Below the pieces are notes generated by a model. It did not search any database. It saw nothing but the letters and a program-made list of their open reading frames with translations, and was not told where the DNA came from. Shown here one piece after another: positions 47,145-56,755 of a stretch of 64,000 nt of DNA. The translations under genes were made by a program, and so were the position numbers. Source of the DNA: Chloroflexota bacterium (GTDB lineage: Bacteria; Chloroflexota; UBA11872; VXOZ01); contig OZ244814.1 in assembly GCA_965220175.1 (NCBI GenBank), positions 1,735,045 through 1,799,044 of the forward strand, in the 5' to 3' direction. Positions within the stretch are counted from its first letter, which is position 1, and every line of letters begins with the position of its first letter.

Positions 47145-48323
47145 TTAGAGTGTGGAAACGGAATACGCATGCTGCGGCACGATGCGTCGCTCTTGGCTAA
47201 AGCGTGCCGGATTAAACAATGTAATGTCAAACTGTGTACTGTGGCCGGTCAGCAATTGCTCTGCCAGCATCTGACTGAAGATGGGGCTTAGCTTGAAGCC
47301 GTGGCCGCTCAGCCCCACGGCCAAGTGCAAGCCCTGTACGTCGGGCACCGCGCCAAGCAAGGGCTGGAGGTCCGGCGAACAGTCGTAGAGGCCGGAAGTC
47401 GCGCCATTGACGGCGGGGGCCCCTTGATTTGGGAACCGCTGCCCGTAACGGTTGGCAAGAGTCTGCAGCACGTCCGGACGCGCGGCAGGGAATTCGTCCA
47501 CGTGCGGATCTTGCTCGCCGTCGTAGGGAGCCGTCTTGCCGACCATCGTATGTCCGTCCTCGCGGGGACGATAGTAGCTTCCCGAAACGCGGTCGGAGAT
47601 TATCGGGTGAGGCTTGCCAAAGCAATCGGCCCTCTGCAATATCCCCACGACGTGCCGGATCGGCGTAAGGGGAAGCTCAATGCCAAGGGGCGCGACGAGA
47701 CCGCGAGACGAGAAGCCATTGGCCACGATGACGGATCGGGTGGCAATGTGCCCGGCGTTCGTCTCAATCCCGGTGATGCCGCTGGCGTCGGCAACCAGCC
47801 GTTCGGCACCCACGCCAATGCGCAATTCCGCTCCGCACCGCCGCGCGGCATTGGCAAAGCTGATGGTCGTGCGCACGGGGTCCGCGTAGCCCGATTCCGG
47901 CTCCCAGGCGGCGGCGCCGATGCCAAAGAGGGCCAGACGCGGCTCTATTTCTTGGATTTCATGCGGCGAAAGTATGTACGTGTTGATGCCGAGGTCGCGG
48001 TGCATGGCAACATTGGCCGCCACGGTGTCAACATCATCCGGCCCGAGAAGAGCGAGGAAACCAGGCTGGCGATAACCCGCATCGCCGCCAACCTCGTCTG
48101 CGAAATTCTCAAACACTTGCCGCGCGCGCAAGGCCATGCGCGCCAATGTCTCGTGGGTATAGTGGGTACGCACAATGCCGGCAGTAACGCCGGTGGCTTG
48201 GGCCGCGAGACCGCGCCTTTCGAGGAGGATCACCCTGCCTGCGCCCATTGCTGCCAGTCGCCAGGCAATGCTGGTACCAGTGCTGCCGCCGCCTACAACG
48301 ACAACGTCTGCGGTCTCGGCCAT
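47145..48323 (-). CDS. FAD-dependent oxidoreductase (DAO family; sarcosine-oxidase-beta/glycine-oxidase-like)
   Basis: ADVVVVGGGSTGTSIAWRLA dinucleotide-binding fold, C-terminal HGFKLSP; GGGAGG RBS. Confidence 0.8.
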   Translation of the reverse strand: MAETADVVVVGGGSTGTSIAWRLAAMGAGRVILLERRGLAAQATGVTAGIVRTHYTHETLARMALRARQVFENFADEVGGDAGYRQPGFLALLGPDDVDTVAANVAMHRDLGINTYILSPHEIQEIEPRLALFGIGAAAWEPESGYADPVRTTISFANAARRCGAELRIGVGAERLVADASGITGIETNAGHIATRSVIVANGFSSRGLVAPLGIELPLTPIRHVVGILQRADCFGKPHPIISDRVSGSYYRPREDGHTMVGKTAPYDGEQDPHVDEFPAARPDVLQTLANRYGQRFPNQGAPAVNGATSGLYDCSPDLQPLLGAVPDVQGLHLAVGLSGHGFKLSPIFSQMLAEQLLTGHSTQFDITLFNPARFSQERRIVPQHAYSVSTL

Positions 48324-48389
48324 AGTTCCCCTCGCCTCCCTCATAATTGCGTGCCGAAGGGTCTCTCTTTGAACCCGGCGCGCCTCCGA

Positions 48390-50501
48390 TTACGCTTGAG
48401 CCGTGCGAGTCATCAGTAGTGTACCGTATTGATCGACCGTTGCGTAGTATCCCGGGTGAATCACGCTTGTAGAGTCGTATTCCTCCACAATCGCCGGGCC
48501 GAGTATCTCCATGCCTGCGCTGAGTGCATAGCGGTCGTAGATGGGACAGTCGACGAAGGCATCAAGCTCCCCGAAGAAGACGGAACGACTGCTGCGCTGC
48601 GCCGCTTTCAGATCTTGGTCGTCACCGCTCTTCTCCAAGAGCGGCGGCTTCCTGATTGACCCGAGTGCGGTGAGTCGCAGGTTGACCGTTTCCACAGGTT
48701 CGCCCGGCACACTGTGGCCGTACACGCGATTGTGCTCTCCATGGAACTCTCGCAGCAGACTGCGAAAGTCAACGTTCGCTGCCGGTCCGTCGGGGTACGG
48801 CAGCGTGAGCTCGTAGCTCTGGCCGACGTACCGCAAATCCACCTGCTGGACAAAGTCCATGTCGACTGACGCCACGCCCGCGGCTGACAGAGCCGTTGTA
48901 CCTTGGTGTCTAAGGTCCGCAAAGACTTCCGCAACGGCGGCCGGCTCGATCCGGTCAACGCGTTCGATGAGCGTCGTAGCGTAGTCGTAAGTGATGTCGG
49001 TGACCAAGAGGCCCAACGCAGAGGCCGTTCCCGGGCTGGTGGGAATTACTGTAACGGGGATATTCATTTCGTGCGCGAGGCGGTTGGCGTGTAGAGGCCC
49101 TGCCCCGCCGAAGGCGGTCAGCGCGAAATCACGGGGATCGTGTCCGCGCTGCACCGAGACGAGGCGCAGCGCGTTGATCATCGCTACGTTGGCGATTTCA
49201 ACGATGCTGTGCGCGGCTTTCGTTATATCCAACCCCAGGGGTTTGGCAATGTGCTCCTCGATGGCGTTATGCGCTAGCCCGCTATCCAACTTTAGGTCGC
49301 CCCCGAGCAGGTAGCCGGGATTGAGGCGTCCCAAGACCAGATTGGCGTCGGTGACCGTCGGTTCAGTGCCGCCTTGACCGTAGCAGGCCGGCCCGGGATC
49401 AGCCCCCGCACTTTGGGGGCCCACGCGCAGCACGCCGCCGGGATCCACCCAGGCAATCGAGCCGCCGCCGGCGCCAATTTCCACCAGGTCGATCACAGGC
49501 GTCCGAATGGGATAGCCTCCCGCGCGAAAACCGCCGCTGCCAGGCTGCGCCACGGACCCAACCTCGTAGTCTTTCGTAATGCGCGGCGTACCGTCTTGCA
49601 CGAGGCCCACCTTGGCGGTGGTACCGCCCATGTCGAAGGAGATGACATTCGCATAGCCGAGCGCTTCACCCAGGTGCGCGGCCGTGATGACGCCCGCGGC
49701 CGGGCCGGATTCCACCATGAAGACCGGCCTGCTGCGCGCATCGGCGAACGTCATGAGGCCCCCGCTGCTCTGCATGACGAGAAGCTCCGAAGATACGCCC
49801 TGCGCCCGGAGCCGGGCTTCGATGTTTTCCAGATACCGCGAGACTATGGGTCGCAGTGCGGCGTTGATAACCGTGGTGCTGGCGCGAAAGTATTCGCGAA
49901 TTTCCGGCGCTACTTCAGATGACAGGGAAATAGCAATATCCGGTGCCTGCGCCCGCAGGATCTCGCCTGCTCGTTGCTCGTGCTGCGCGTTGAGATAGGA
50001 ATGCAGGAAACAGACGGCAACGGACTCAATCCCTGCTTCCCGCAGGCTAGACGCGATGGGGGGAATGGCGTTTTCATCCAATGGCGTAACCACGGCGCCG
50101 GTGGCGTCCAGGCGTTCGCGCACGCCAAAACAGCGGTCGCGCGGCACGAGGGGTGTGGGCTTTTCAAATTGCGTGTCGTAGAGCGAAGGACGTATCTGGC
50201 GGGCGATTTCCAGAATGTCGCGAAAGCCCTCCGTGGTAATGAGCACAGTGGGAGCGACTTTGCCTTCAATGATAGCGTTGGTGGCAACAGTGGTAGCGTG
50301 AACGACGTAGCGCAGGATCTCCGGCGCTAACGCTGCGCGGTCAAGGATTTGCTCCGTGACGTTGAGGAAACCCTGCGACGGGTCGCTCGGCGTGGAGGAG
50401 ACTTTGGCGTTCCACAAGCGGCCGGTGTTCTCATCTACCAACGTGGCATCGGTGAACGTGCCGCCAATGTCCACGCCGAGCCGATATCGCGTCTCGCTCA
50501 C
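48390..50501 (-). CDS. hyuA: hydantoinase/oxoprolinase family, A (beta) subunit
   Basis: YRLGVDIGGTFTDA N-terminal ASKHA motif, 703 aa. Confidence 0.85.
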   Translation of the reverse strand: MSETRYRLGVDIGGTFTDATLVDENTGRLWNAKVSSTPSDPSQGFLNVTEQILDRAALAPEILRYVVHATTVATNAIIEGKVAPTVLITTEGFRDILEIARQIRPSLYDTQFEKPTPLVPRDRCFGVRERLDATGAVVTPLDENAIPPIASSLREAGIESVAVCFLHSYLNAQHEQRAGEILRAQAPDIAISLSSEVAPEIREYFRASTTVINAALRPIVSRYLENIEARLRAQGVSSELLVMQSSGGLMTFADARSRPVFMVESGPAAGVITAAHLGEALGYANVISFDMGGTTAKVGLVQDGTPRITKDYEVGSVAQPGSGGFRAGGYPIRTPVIDLVEIGAGGGSIAWVDPGGVLRVGPQSAGADPGPACYGQGGTEPTVTDANLVLGRLNPGYLLGGDLKLDSGLAHNAIEEHIAKPLGLDITKAAHSIVEIANVAMINALRLVSVQRGHDPRDFALTAFGGAGPLHANRLAHEMNIPVTVIPTSPGTASALGLLVTDITYDYATTLIERVDRIEPAAVAEVFADLRHQGTTALSAAGVASVDMDFVQQVDLRYVGQSYELTLPYPDGPAANVDFRSLLREFHGEHNRVYGHSVPGEPVETVNLRLTALGSIRKPPLLEKSGDDQDLKAAQRSSRSVFFGELDAFVDCPIYDRYALSAGMEILGPAIVEEYDSTSVIHPGYYATVDQYGTLLMTRTAQA

Positions 50502-52273
50502 GGCCCGGCTCCCGACTCACCGTTGCCATCCTGAGTCCCGATCCGCTGCATTGATGTACGCAGTTGCGTCGTGGCACTGTTGTCCACTGCCCCTGTCTCT
50601 GGATCAATGACTACCCCGTATGCGGTGCGAGCGCGTTCAAGGCTGACTCTCCCTTGGCGCACGTCGCTTAGAACGCGCTCGGGGTCGCGCTGCCAAGGCG
50701 GTCCGTGGCCCCCGCCGCCGCACGTCTCATAGCGGACCATCTCGCCCGGGCGCACGTCGATTGTGGTCTTGGAGCTCAAGACCTCCCATTCGCCGTCGTG
50801 ATCGTGGATATAGTAGGCCTGGCGGCCGGGTTCACCGCCAAACAGACCCCAGGGGCCGGCCTTATCCCTGTCCGCCAGCACGGTGAAGGTGACTTCGTGA
50901 TCGAGAAAGATGTAGTCCCGGCGCAGGCCCAGTCCGCCGCGATACTTACCGGGACCATCGGAGTCATCCACCAACTCATAGCGTAGTATGCGCACCGGAT
51001 AGTAGCGCTCCGTCTCCTCGATAGGCGCGTTTTCGGTGTTTTGGCCGTGCGTTTGCACGGCATCGGGACCGTCACTCTGGTATCTTGCGCCGTACCCACC
51101 GGCAAGCGTCTCCAGAAAGCAGTAGTACTCGCCGTTTCGCGGATCGATGCCGCCAAACCCAGCGTGGCATTGCATCGCCTTGCCGCCTGCGGGCACGCGT
51201 TCCGGCAGCACGGGCGCTAGGGCCTTGAATATCACCTCATTCAGGCGTGCGTGGGTCTCCCAACCTCCTACCACTGGAGCGGGCGGCTTGCAGTTGACCA
51301 CCGTGCCTTCCGGGGCGTCTATGCGCACCATTTGGTAGAACCCCTGATTTGGCGGGATGTCGGGGTCCATGAGAGTCTTCAGGTTGTAAGCGCAGGCGGA
51401 AAAGGTCTGCGCGAACGTGGAGTTCACCGGCGCGCGACGCTGGGGGTCGCTGCCGTTGAGATCGAAGAGCACGCCTTCGTCGTCAATGCGGACCTTGGCT
51501 ACCAGCCTGACCGGCTCGTCGGTGTAGCCGTCATTGTCCACATAGCCCTCCGCGCTGAATTCGCCCTGGGGCAGCTTGGCGATCTCCGCGCGGGTGCGCC
51601 GTTCGGCGTAGGTCATGAGTTCCTTGATGTACTGGTTTACCGTGTCAAGGCCGGTCTGTTGCGTAAGTTCGGCCAGGCGGCGCGCGCCGGTGGCGTTGGC
51701 GGCCATCTGGGCGCGAAAGTCACCGGCTGTCTCGCGCTTGGAGCGGATCTGCCCCAGGATGAGGCGGAATACGTCCTCGACAATCTCGCCGCCCGCGACC
51801 AGCTTGACCGGCGGAATGATGATGCCTTCCTGGTAGACCTCGCGGAACGCGCCGACGCTGGCGGGAGCGCCGCCGCCTACGTCGACGTGGTGCGCCATAT
51901 TGGCGACGTAACCGAAGAGCTCGCCATCACAATAGACCGGCGAAATCAAGCTGATGTCGTTCAGGTGTACGCCGCCGAGATAGGGATCGTTGCAGAGAAC
52001 GGCATCGCCGGGACCCATGTTCTCCGGGCCGTATTCACGGACTGCGATGGGCACGAGGTGTACGAGCGAGCCGAGATGGACAGCCTGGCAGAACGCTTGC
52101 GCCACGACGTTTAGGTCTCGGTCGAAGAATGCGCAAGAGAAGTCGGCGCGCGTCTTGATGTTGGTGGAATAGGCGCTGCGCCGGAGGGCAATCGCCATTT
52201 CCTCCGTCGCCTCGGTGAGCGAATGGCGCACGACTTCGAAGGTGATAGGATCGAACGCGGTTGTGTCGGCCAT
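50498..52273 (-). CDS. hyuB: hydantoinase B/oxoprolinase family, B (alpha) subunit
   Basis: MADTTAFDPITFEVVRHSL start typical of HyuB, 591 aa; stop overlaps hyuA start (4 nt). Confidence 0.85.
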   Translation of the reverse strand: MADTTAFDPITFEVVRHSLTEATEEMAIALRRSAYSTNIKTRADFSCAFFDRDLNVVAQAFCQAVHLGSLVHLVPIAVREYGPENMGPGDAVLCNDPYLGGVHLNDISLISPVYCDGELFGYVANMAHHVDVGGGAPASVGAFREVYQEGIIIPPVKLVAGGEIVEDVFRLILGQIRSKRETAGDFRAQMAANATGARRLAELTQQTGLDTVNQYIKELMTYAERRTRAEIAKLPQGEFSAEGYVDNDGYTDEPVRLVAKVRIDDEGVLFDLNGSDPQRRAPVNSTFAQTFSACAYNLKTLMDPDIPPNQGFYQMVRIDAPEGTVVNCKPPAPVVGGWETHARLNEVIFKALAPVLPERVPAGGKAMQCHAGFGGIDPRNGEYYCFLETLAGGYGARYQSDGPDAVQTHGQNTENAPIEETERYYPVRILRYELVDDSDGPGKYRGGLGLRRDYIFLDHEVTFTVLADRDKAGPWGLFGGEPGRQAYYIHDHDGEWEVLSSKTTIDVRPGEMVRYETCGGGGHGPPWQRDPERVLSDVRQGRVSLERARTAYGVVIDPETGAVDNSATTQLRTSMQRIGTQDGNGESGAGP

Positions 52274-52349
52274 GCAGATGAACTCCGTGCAAAGAAACGG
52301 AACGGTGCACCTATTCGTGCGAACTCTAAGACCTGCCTTGAGAGTGAAC

Positions 52350-52455
52350 GGCTCTGCTAGATCCGCCCTTCGACCCTTCGACAAGCTCAGGACAGGCAGG
52401 CTCAGGGCGAACAGAATAGGCAAGTCGCCGTTCGTGCTGAGCAAATCTTCTGTCG
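52350..52455. repeat. dispersed REP-like element, family 1, copy 2 (inverted)
   Basis: cccttcgacaagctcagg...ctcagggcgaacag is reverse complement of the 10.03 kb module; followed by gccgttcgtgctgagc...gtcgaagcacgaa inverted repeat. Confidence 0.45.
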
Positions 52456-52713
52456 AAGCACGAATCAGTAATCGAACCGAGCCACAAAAGGCTTCTAGAT
52501 TAAACTAAGTATAGCGGAATGGTCTGCAGAGATTTCTCGTGCGCACGAGCGCCGAGCCGCTAAAGCGATCTACGGTACTCATTTGGGCTCAGAGAGTGCT
52601 TGACATGGGTATCCGTTCATCGTTCGACGGACTCAGGACGAACGGATACCCATTTCGTTAAAGCCTTGTCGAACCCTGAACGGCAAGCGAAGAGAACTTA
52701 CCGCACGCCCTTC

Positions 52714-54126
52714 TTAGACCGCCGCAGGCTGCTCAGCAACCGGACCGTAGCCTTCGGGACGCTCAAGCAGCTTTTCCCCATCGGAGAAGCCGTCGCCCCG
52801 CTCGCCCAGGTAAGTAATGAGCCGGTTGCGCCACAGGGTAACACGGTCGGCATAGGCCGGATCGTTCGCCCGATCGTGAAGTTCCTGGCGATCGTTGGCA
52901 AGGTCGAAGAACTGCTCCTCACCCCGCACCGGATACCAAAGGTACTTCTCCTTGCCGTCGGTGAGAAACTGCACCGCGTTGTCTTTGCTATAGCAAGGCG
53001 AGTGCTCGCCGTGGACGTATGCGCGCCAGGGTTCGCCGCGCGCAGCTTTCAAAACGCTCGTACCGGTAACGGAATCGGGAACGGGCGAGCCGGTGGCCTC
53101 AAGGATCGTCGGCATGACGTCTTGCAGGCCTACCGGATGTTCGAACGTGCCGGACGGCGCATCGACACTACTGGGATACCTTATGACAAACGGGATACGT
53201 GCCGACCCTTCGTACGCGTATGACTTGCGCAGCAGATTGTGGTCGCCCATCATGTCGCCGTGGTCGGCGGTGAAAACGTACATGACATCACCGCCCAACT
53301 CCTGCTGCATTCGTTCAAAGAGGTAGCCAAGCTGATAGTCGATGTGGCTGATACACGCCATGTAGCCCGCGCGCATGCGCTGGAGTTGCTCGTCGGTCAG
53401 CCTTCCGTGCCAAGCGGCGCGCGGCAGACTCGGCTGTGGCACGTTATACCGCTCCGCCCAGTCACCCAGGGGTATATCCGGCAACTCTCGGTTGATGTAC
53501 ATGTCCCAGAAAAACTGCGGTGGGTCGTAGGGCGAGTGCGGGCGTAGGTGCGAGCACCACACAAACACGGGGCGGGTAGGATCACGTTTCTTAATCTGTT
53601 CAATCGTCACGTCCACGGTCCAGTTCGTGGCGTGGTAGCGCTCCTCGTAGGCCCAGGGCCGTCCTAACCAGCCGTTGGCGTCGGAGCCGTGTATGCGCTC
53701 GTGGGCATAGGGGCCAAGCTCCTGGCACAGCCACTCCCAATAGTCGTCGTCGCCCTGGCGTAGATCGTGGGGTATGACGGTATGGAAGCCGTAGAGCTTG
53801 CGGCGTGGGTGCATGTTGCGCCAGCCGACGTTGATGCAGTGGTACCCTTCGGAGGCAAGCACCGCCGCAAGGGTATTCGGCTCATGCCACTCCAATCCGG
53901 AATAGCCGATCAAGCCGCAGTCGTAGCTGCGCTGGCCGCCGTGTAAGCAGCGCCGCGCGCCGGTCGTGGATGGAATCTCCGTGTAGGCGTTGGGAAAGTA
54001 CGCCCCATGCTGCACGAATGCATCGACGTTGGGAGTCTCAACCGCCGGGTGACCGGCAATACTGAGATGATCGCCGCGGTGTTGGTCGGTAGTGAAGAGG
54101 ATGACGTTCGGTCGCGAATCCTTCAT
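52714..54126 (-). CDS. sulfatase-family (alkaline-phosphatase superfamily) hydrolase
   Basis: N-terminal PNVILFTTDQHRGDHLS metal-binding motif of sulfatases. Confidence 0.75.
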   Translation of the reverse strand: MKDSRPNVILFTTDQHRGDHLSIAGHPAVETPNVDAFVQHGAYFPNAYTEIPSTTGARRCLHGGQRSYDCGLIGYSGLEWHEPNTLAAVLASEGYHCINVGWRNMHPRRKLYGFHTVIPHDLRQGDDDYWEWLCQELGPYAHERIHGSDANGWLGRPWAYEERYHATNWTVDVTIEQIKKRDPTRPVFVWCSHLRPHSPYDPPQFFWDMYINRELPDIPLGDWAERYNVPQPSLPRAAWHGRLTDEQLQRMRAGYMACISHIDYQLGYLFERMQQELGGDVMYVFTADHGDMMGDHNLLRKSYAYEGSARIPFVIRYPSSVDAPSGTFEHPVGLQDVMPTILEATGSPVPDSVTGTSVLKAARGEPWRAYVHGEHSPCYSKDNAVQFLTDGKEKYLWYPVRGEEQFFDLANDRQELHDRANDPAYADRVTLWRNRLITYLGERGDGFSDGEKLLERPEGYGPVAEQPAAV

Positions 54127-54234
54127 GCTCTGTGTCCGCCCTTCTGCTCTTGCTTTCTGTTGTCTGCCTAACGAGCTTCCTCGGCTCGGAGTCAGATTGG
54201 GTATGACTGCGAGCTCAACACTGCAGACCGATGC

Positions 54235-54687
54235 TCACCCCGTAACCCAGCGGTTGCTTTCCCGCGAGTAATCGACGAGTTCATCCGATTGGAAAAAGAG
54301 TTCAACTTCCTTCTCCGCGGTATCCGGAGCGTCTGAAGCGTGAATGAGGTTCATGGTGAGATCGAGGGCAAAGTCGCCACGAATCGAGCCGGGCTCAGCT
54401 TCGGTGAACCGCGTGGCCCCCACCAAATTCCGTACGACGGCAATCGCCTCGGGCCCTTCAATGACGGCGCAAACGACGGGAGCGGCGGTGATGAATGCAA
54501 TCAGGTCGCCAAAGAACGGCTTATCACTGTGCACCGCGTAATGGGTTTCGGCGAGAGATCTGTCGACCGACATGAGCTTGAGGCCGACGAGCTTCAGGCC
54601 GCGCTGCTCGAAGCGGCCGAGAATCTCGCCGACGAGCCCGCGTTGCACGCCGTCCGGCTTGATGATGATGAGGGTTCGTTGCGCCAC
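54235..54687 (-). CDS. ndk: nucleoside diphosphate kinase
   Basis: TLIIIKPDGVQRGLVGEI...NLIHASDA (active-site His) ; GTG start with AGGAGAAG RBS. Confidence 0.9.
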   Translation of the reverse strand: MAQRTLIIIKPDGVQRGLVGEILGRFEQRGLKLVGLKLMSVDRSLAETHYAVHSDKPFFGDLIAFITAAPVVCAVIEGPEAIAVVRNLVGATRFTEAEPGSIRGDFALDLTMNLIHASDAPDTAEKEVELFFQSDELVDYSRESNRWVTG

Positions 54688-54776
54688 TGTTTTGTCTTCT
54701 CCTGTCTGGGTAACTGTTGTCTGGGTATCTATTGGTCGTTGCTTTGATCCGTCACTGCCATGAAGATTGCCTATCT

Positions 54777-54915
54777 ACCGTTCGCCCTGAGCATTGTCGA
54801 AGGGTGAACGCCGGAGCAAAAGGGTAACACAGCTTTCGGCTCTCCTCTCTCCGTTCGTGCTTCGACAAGGGCTTTCGTAAAGCCCAGGCTTCGCGCAGCC
54901 CTCAGCACGAGCGGA
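54777..54915. repeat. dispersed REP-like element, family 1, copy 3
   Basis: accgttcgccctgagcattgtcgaaggg ... ccgttcgtgcttcgacaagggc ... cgcgcagccctcagcacgagcgg; flanked by ctctctcc / ggagagat inverted ends. Confidence 0.45.
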
Positions 54916-54992
54916 GAGATCCGGCTCTTGTTTTCATCCCTTTTTGTGGCCTGGGCAAGCTCATGGAGGCTACCGCTTTCGCGGGAGTCAGC

Positions 54993-55475
54993 CTATTCCA
55001 CACTCGCTATGATACGCTCCACCAGGTCTGTAGTGCTGTAACCGGACGTAAAGGGCAGAATTCGTACGGTGCCGCCATAAGCTCTGACGACCGCGGCTTC
55101 CACCGGCTCGTCGCTCGCGTAGTCGCCGCCCTTGACATACGTATCGGGTTGCAGATTCTGCAACAGGCGTTCCGCAGTTTCGTCGTCAAATTCCACCACG
55201 TAGTCGACGCACGCCAGCGCCGACAGTACATGCGCTCGGTCTTCGGCCGGCGTAATGGGTCGTGTAGGCCCTTTTAGCGCGCGTACGGACTGATCGCTGT
55301 TTACGGCAACAATCAGGACATCGCCAAGCGCCCGTGCTGCCTCAAGGTAAGCGACATGGCCGCGATGGAGCAAATCGAAGCAGCCATTGGTGAAGACTAC
55401 GGAACGGCCTTGTTGGCGAAACATGCCGAGTCGGTCTACGAGCGCTGATTCAGATTGTATCTTGGATGCCGTCAT
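54993..55475 (-). CDS. D-glycero-beta-D-manno-heptose-1-phosphate adenylyltransferase (RfaE domain II / HldC-like cytidylyltransferase)
   Basis: [19 protein letters not shown] nucleotidyltransferase HxGH motif; ~160 aa. Confidence 0.8.
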   Translation of the reverse strand: MTASKIQSESALVDRLGMFRQQGRSVVFTNGCFDLLHRGHVAYLEAARALGDVLIVAVNSDQSVRALKGPTRPITPAEDRAHVLSALACVDYVVEFDDETAERLLQNLQPDTYVKGGDYASDEPVEAAVVRAYGGTVRILPFTSGYSTTDLVERIIASVE

Positions 55476-55485
55476 CACGCGTTGG

Positions 55486-55735
55486 ACCTTGGGCGCCCAC
55501 GAGGGACGCTCGAACTATGGGATCTTGGGCGCCCACGAGGGACGCTCGAACTATGGGATCTTGGGCGCCCACGAGGGACGCCCCTACTATGGGAACCTTG
55601 GGCGCCCACGAGGGACGCGCCTACTATGGGATCTTGGGCGCCCACAAGGGACGCGCCTACTATGGGATCTTGGGCGCCCACGAGGGACGCCCCTACTATG
55701 GGACCTCGGGCGCCCACAAGGGACGCCCCTACAGT
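55486..55735. repeat. 36-bp tandem direct repeat, ~7 copies
   Basis: unit gggcgcccacgagggacgctcgaactatgggatctt; copies 1-2 identical, later copies carry cacgag/cacaag and gctcgaactatgggatc/cccctactatggga(a/c)c variants, one 37-nt unit; no spacers so not CRISPR. Confidence 0.85.
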
Positions 55736-56733
55736 ACTTTGGATGCGAGAACAGCCAGGATTTCAGCGGGAGTGGCCACGGCGGCGCCGAGTTTGCGCAC
55801 GACGACGCTGGCTGCCGCTGCCGCCAGTGTAGCAGCGCGCGGCGGCGGTAAGCCGGCAAGCAGCGCCAGCGTCAGAACGGCTGACACCGTGTCTCCCGCG
55901 CCGGTCGGATCGATTATGCCGCCGTCGCCCAACGCCGGGATATGGTAGGGAGTGGCTCCCGCGGCAAAGAGTGACATGCCCTCGCTGCCGCGCGTGATGA
56001 GCACCACCTGTGTCTGCAGCATTTCGAGCAAGGCATTGCCGGCCTCTTCGAGTTCTTCCCGCGACTCCAAGGTGCGCCCCAGTGTGAACTCCACTTCCGG
56101 TTGGTTCGGCGTAAAGGTGGCGGCACCGGGAAAGCGCGCGAGGTTGCCGTGCGAGTCGACAGTCACCGGCTTTTGCTGTGTTTGCGCGCACTGCAGTACA
56201 GACTCGATGATGGCATCGTCCACCATGCTGATCTCGTAGTCGGCAATGATGATGGCGTCCACCTGGGGAATGCGCGTATCCAAGCCTGCTTTTACCTGCC
56301 GGCAAAGAGCTGCCGGAATAGGCTCTCGTTCGACGCGATCCAAGCGGCAGACTTGCTGCTGCACGGGCTGTTGGTCGCCACCCGCCCAGATGCGGGTCTT
56401 GGTCGAGGTTGCACGGCGCTCGTCCGCGAGCAAGTCGCCGCAGTCAATGCCATCGTCCTCGAGCATCTGCCGCAAGTCACGCCCGATTGCATCATTCCCG
56501 ATCACGCCGGTGACCCAGACCTCGGCGCCGAGCGCACGCGCATTGCGGGCAACGTTGGTGGCGCCGCCGGGAACGAGCTTGCGGTCAACGTACTGCAAGA
56601 CCGGCAATGGTGCCTCGCGGGACATACCGCTCGCGCGCGTGAAGATGTGCTCGTCCGCGACCATGTCACCAATGACGAGCATGCGCTGGGCCGCAAAGCG
56701 TGCCAAGGCGTCTTGCCATGAAGGTATTGTCAC
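55729..56733 (-). CDS. D-glycero-beta-D-manno-heptose-7-phosphate kinase (RfaE domain I / HldA-like, PfkB family)
   Basis: PfkB carbohydrate-kinase fold with C-terminal DPTGAGDT motif; GTG start; stop TAG lies inside last repeat unit. Confidence 0.75.
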   Translation of the reverse strand: MTIPSWQDALARFAAQRMLVIGDMVADEHIFTRASGMSREAPLPVLQYVDRKLVPGGATNVARNARALGAEVWVTGVIGNDAIGRDLRQMLEDDGIDCGDLLADERRATSTKTRIWAGGDQQPVQQQVCRLDRVEREPIPAALCRQVKAGLDTRIPQVDAIIIADYEISMVDDAIIESVLQCAQTQQKPVTVDSHGNLARFPGAATFTPNQPEVEFTLGRTLESREELEEAGNALLEMLQTQVVLITRGSEGMSLFAAGATPYHIPALGDGGIIDPTGAGDTVSAVLTLALLAGLPPPRAATLAAAAASVVVRKLGAAVATPAEILAVLASKVL

Positions 56734-56755
56734 TAGAAATCCCCCGGCGGAGCGG

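Noticed and set aside
47301-48419. 372-aa + strand ORF
   Set aside because: Antisense to the FAD oxidoreductase gene with clear GxGxxG fold; judged spurious.
51251-52114. 287-aa + strand ORF
   Set aside because: Antisense within hyuB.
55486-55735. Possible CRISPR array (regular 36-bp repeats)
   Set aside because: Units are directly contiguous with no intervening unique spacers and no cas genes nearby; it is a tandem (minisatellite-like) repeat, not CRISPR.
55455-55948. ORFs translating the tandem repeat as peptide repeats (e.g. [12 protein letters not shown] or PIVGASLVGAQD)
   Set aside because: Repeat units vary in length (36/37 nt), which breaks frame; no RBS; flanked tightly by well-supported genes in other frames; treated as non-coding.
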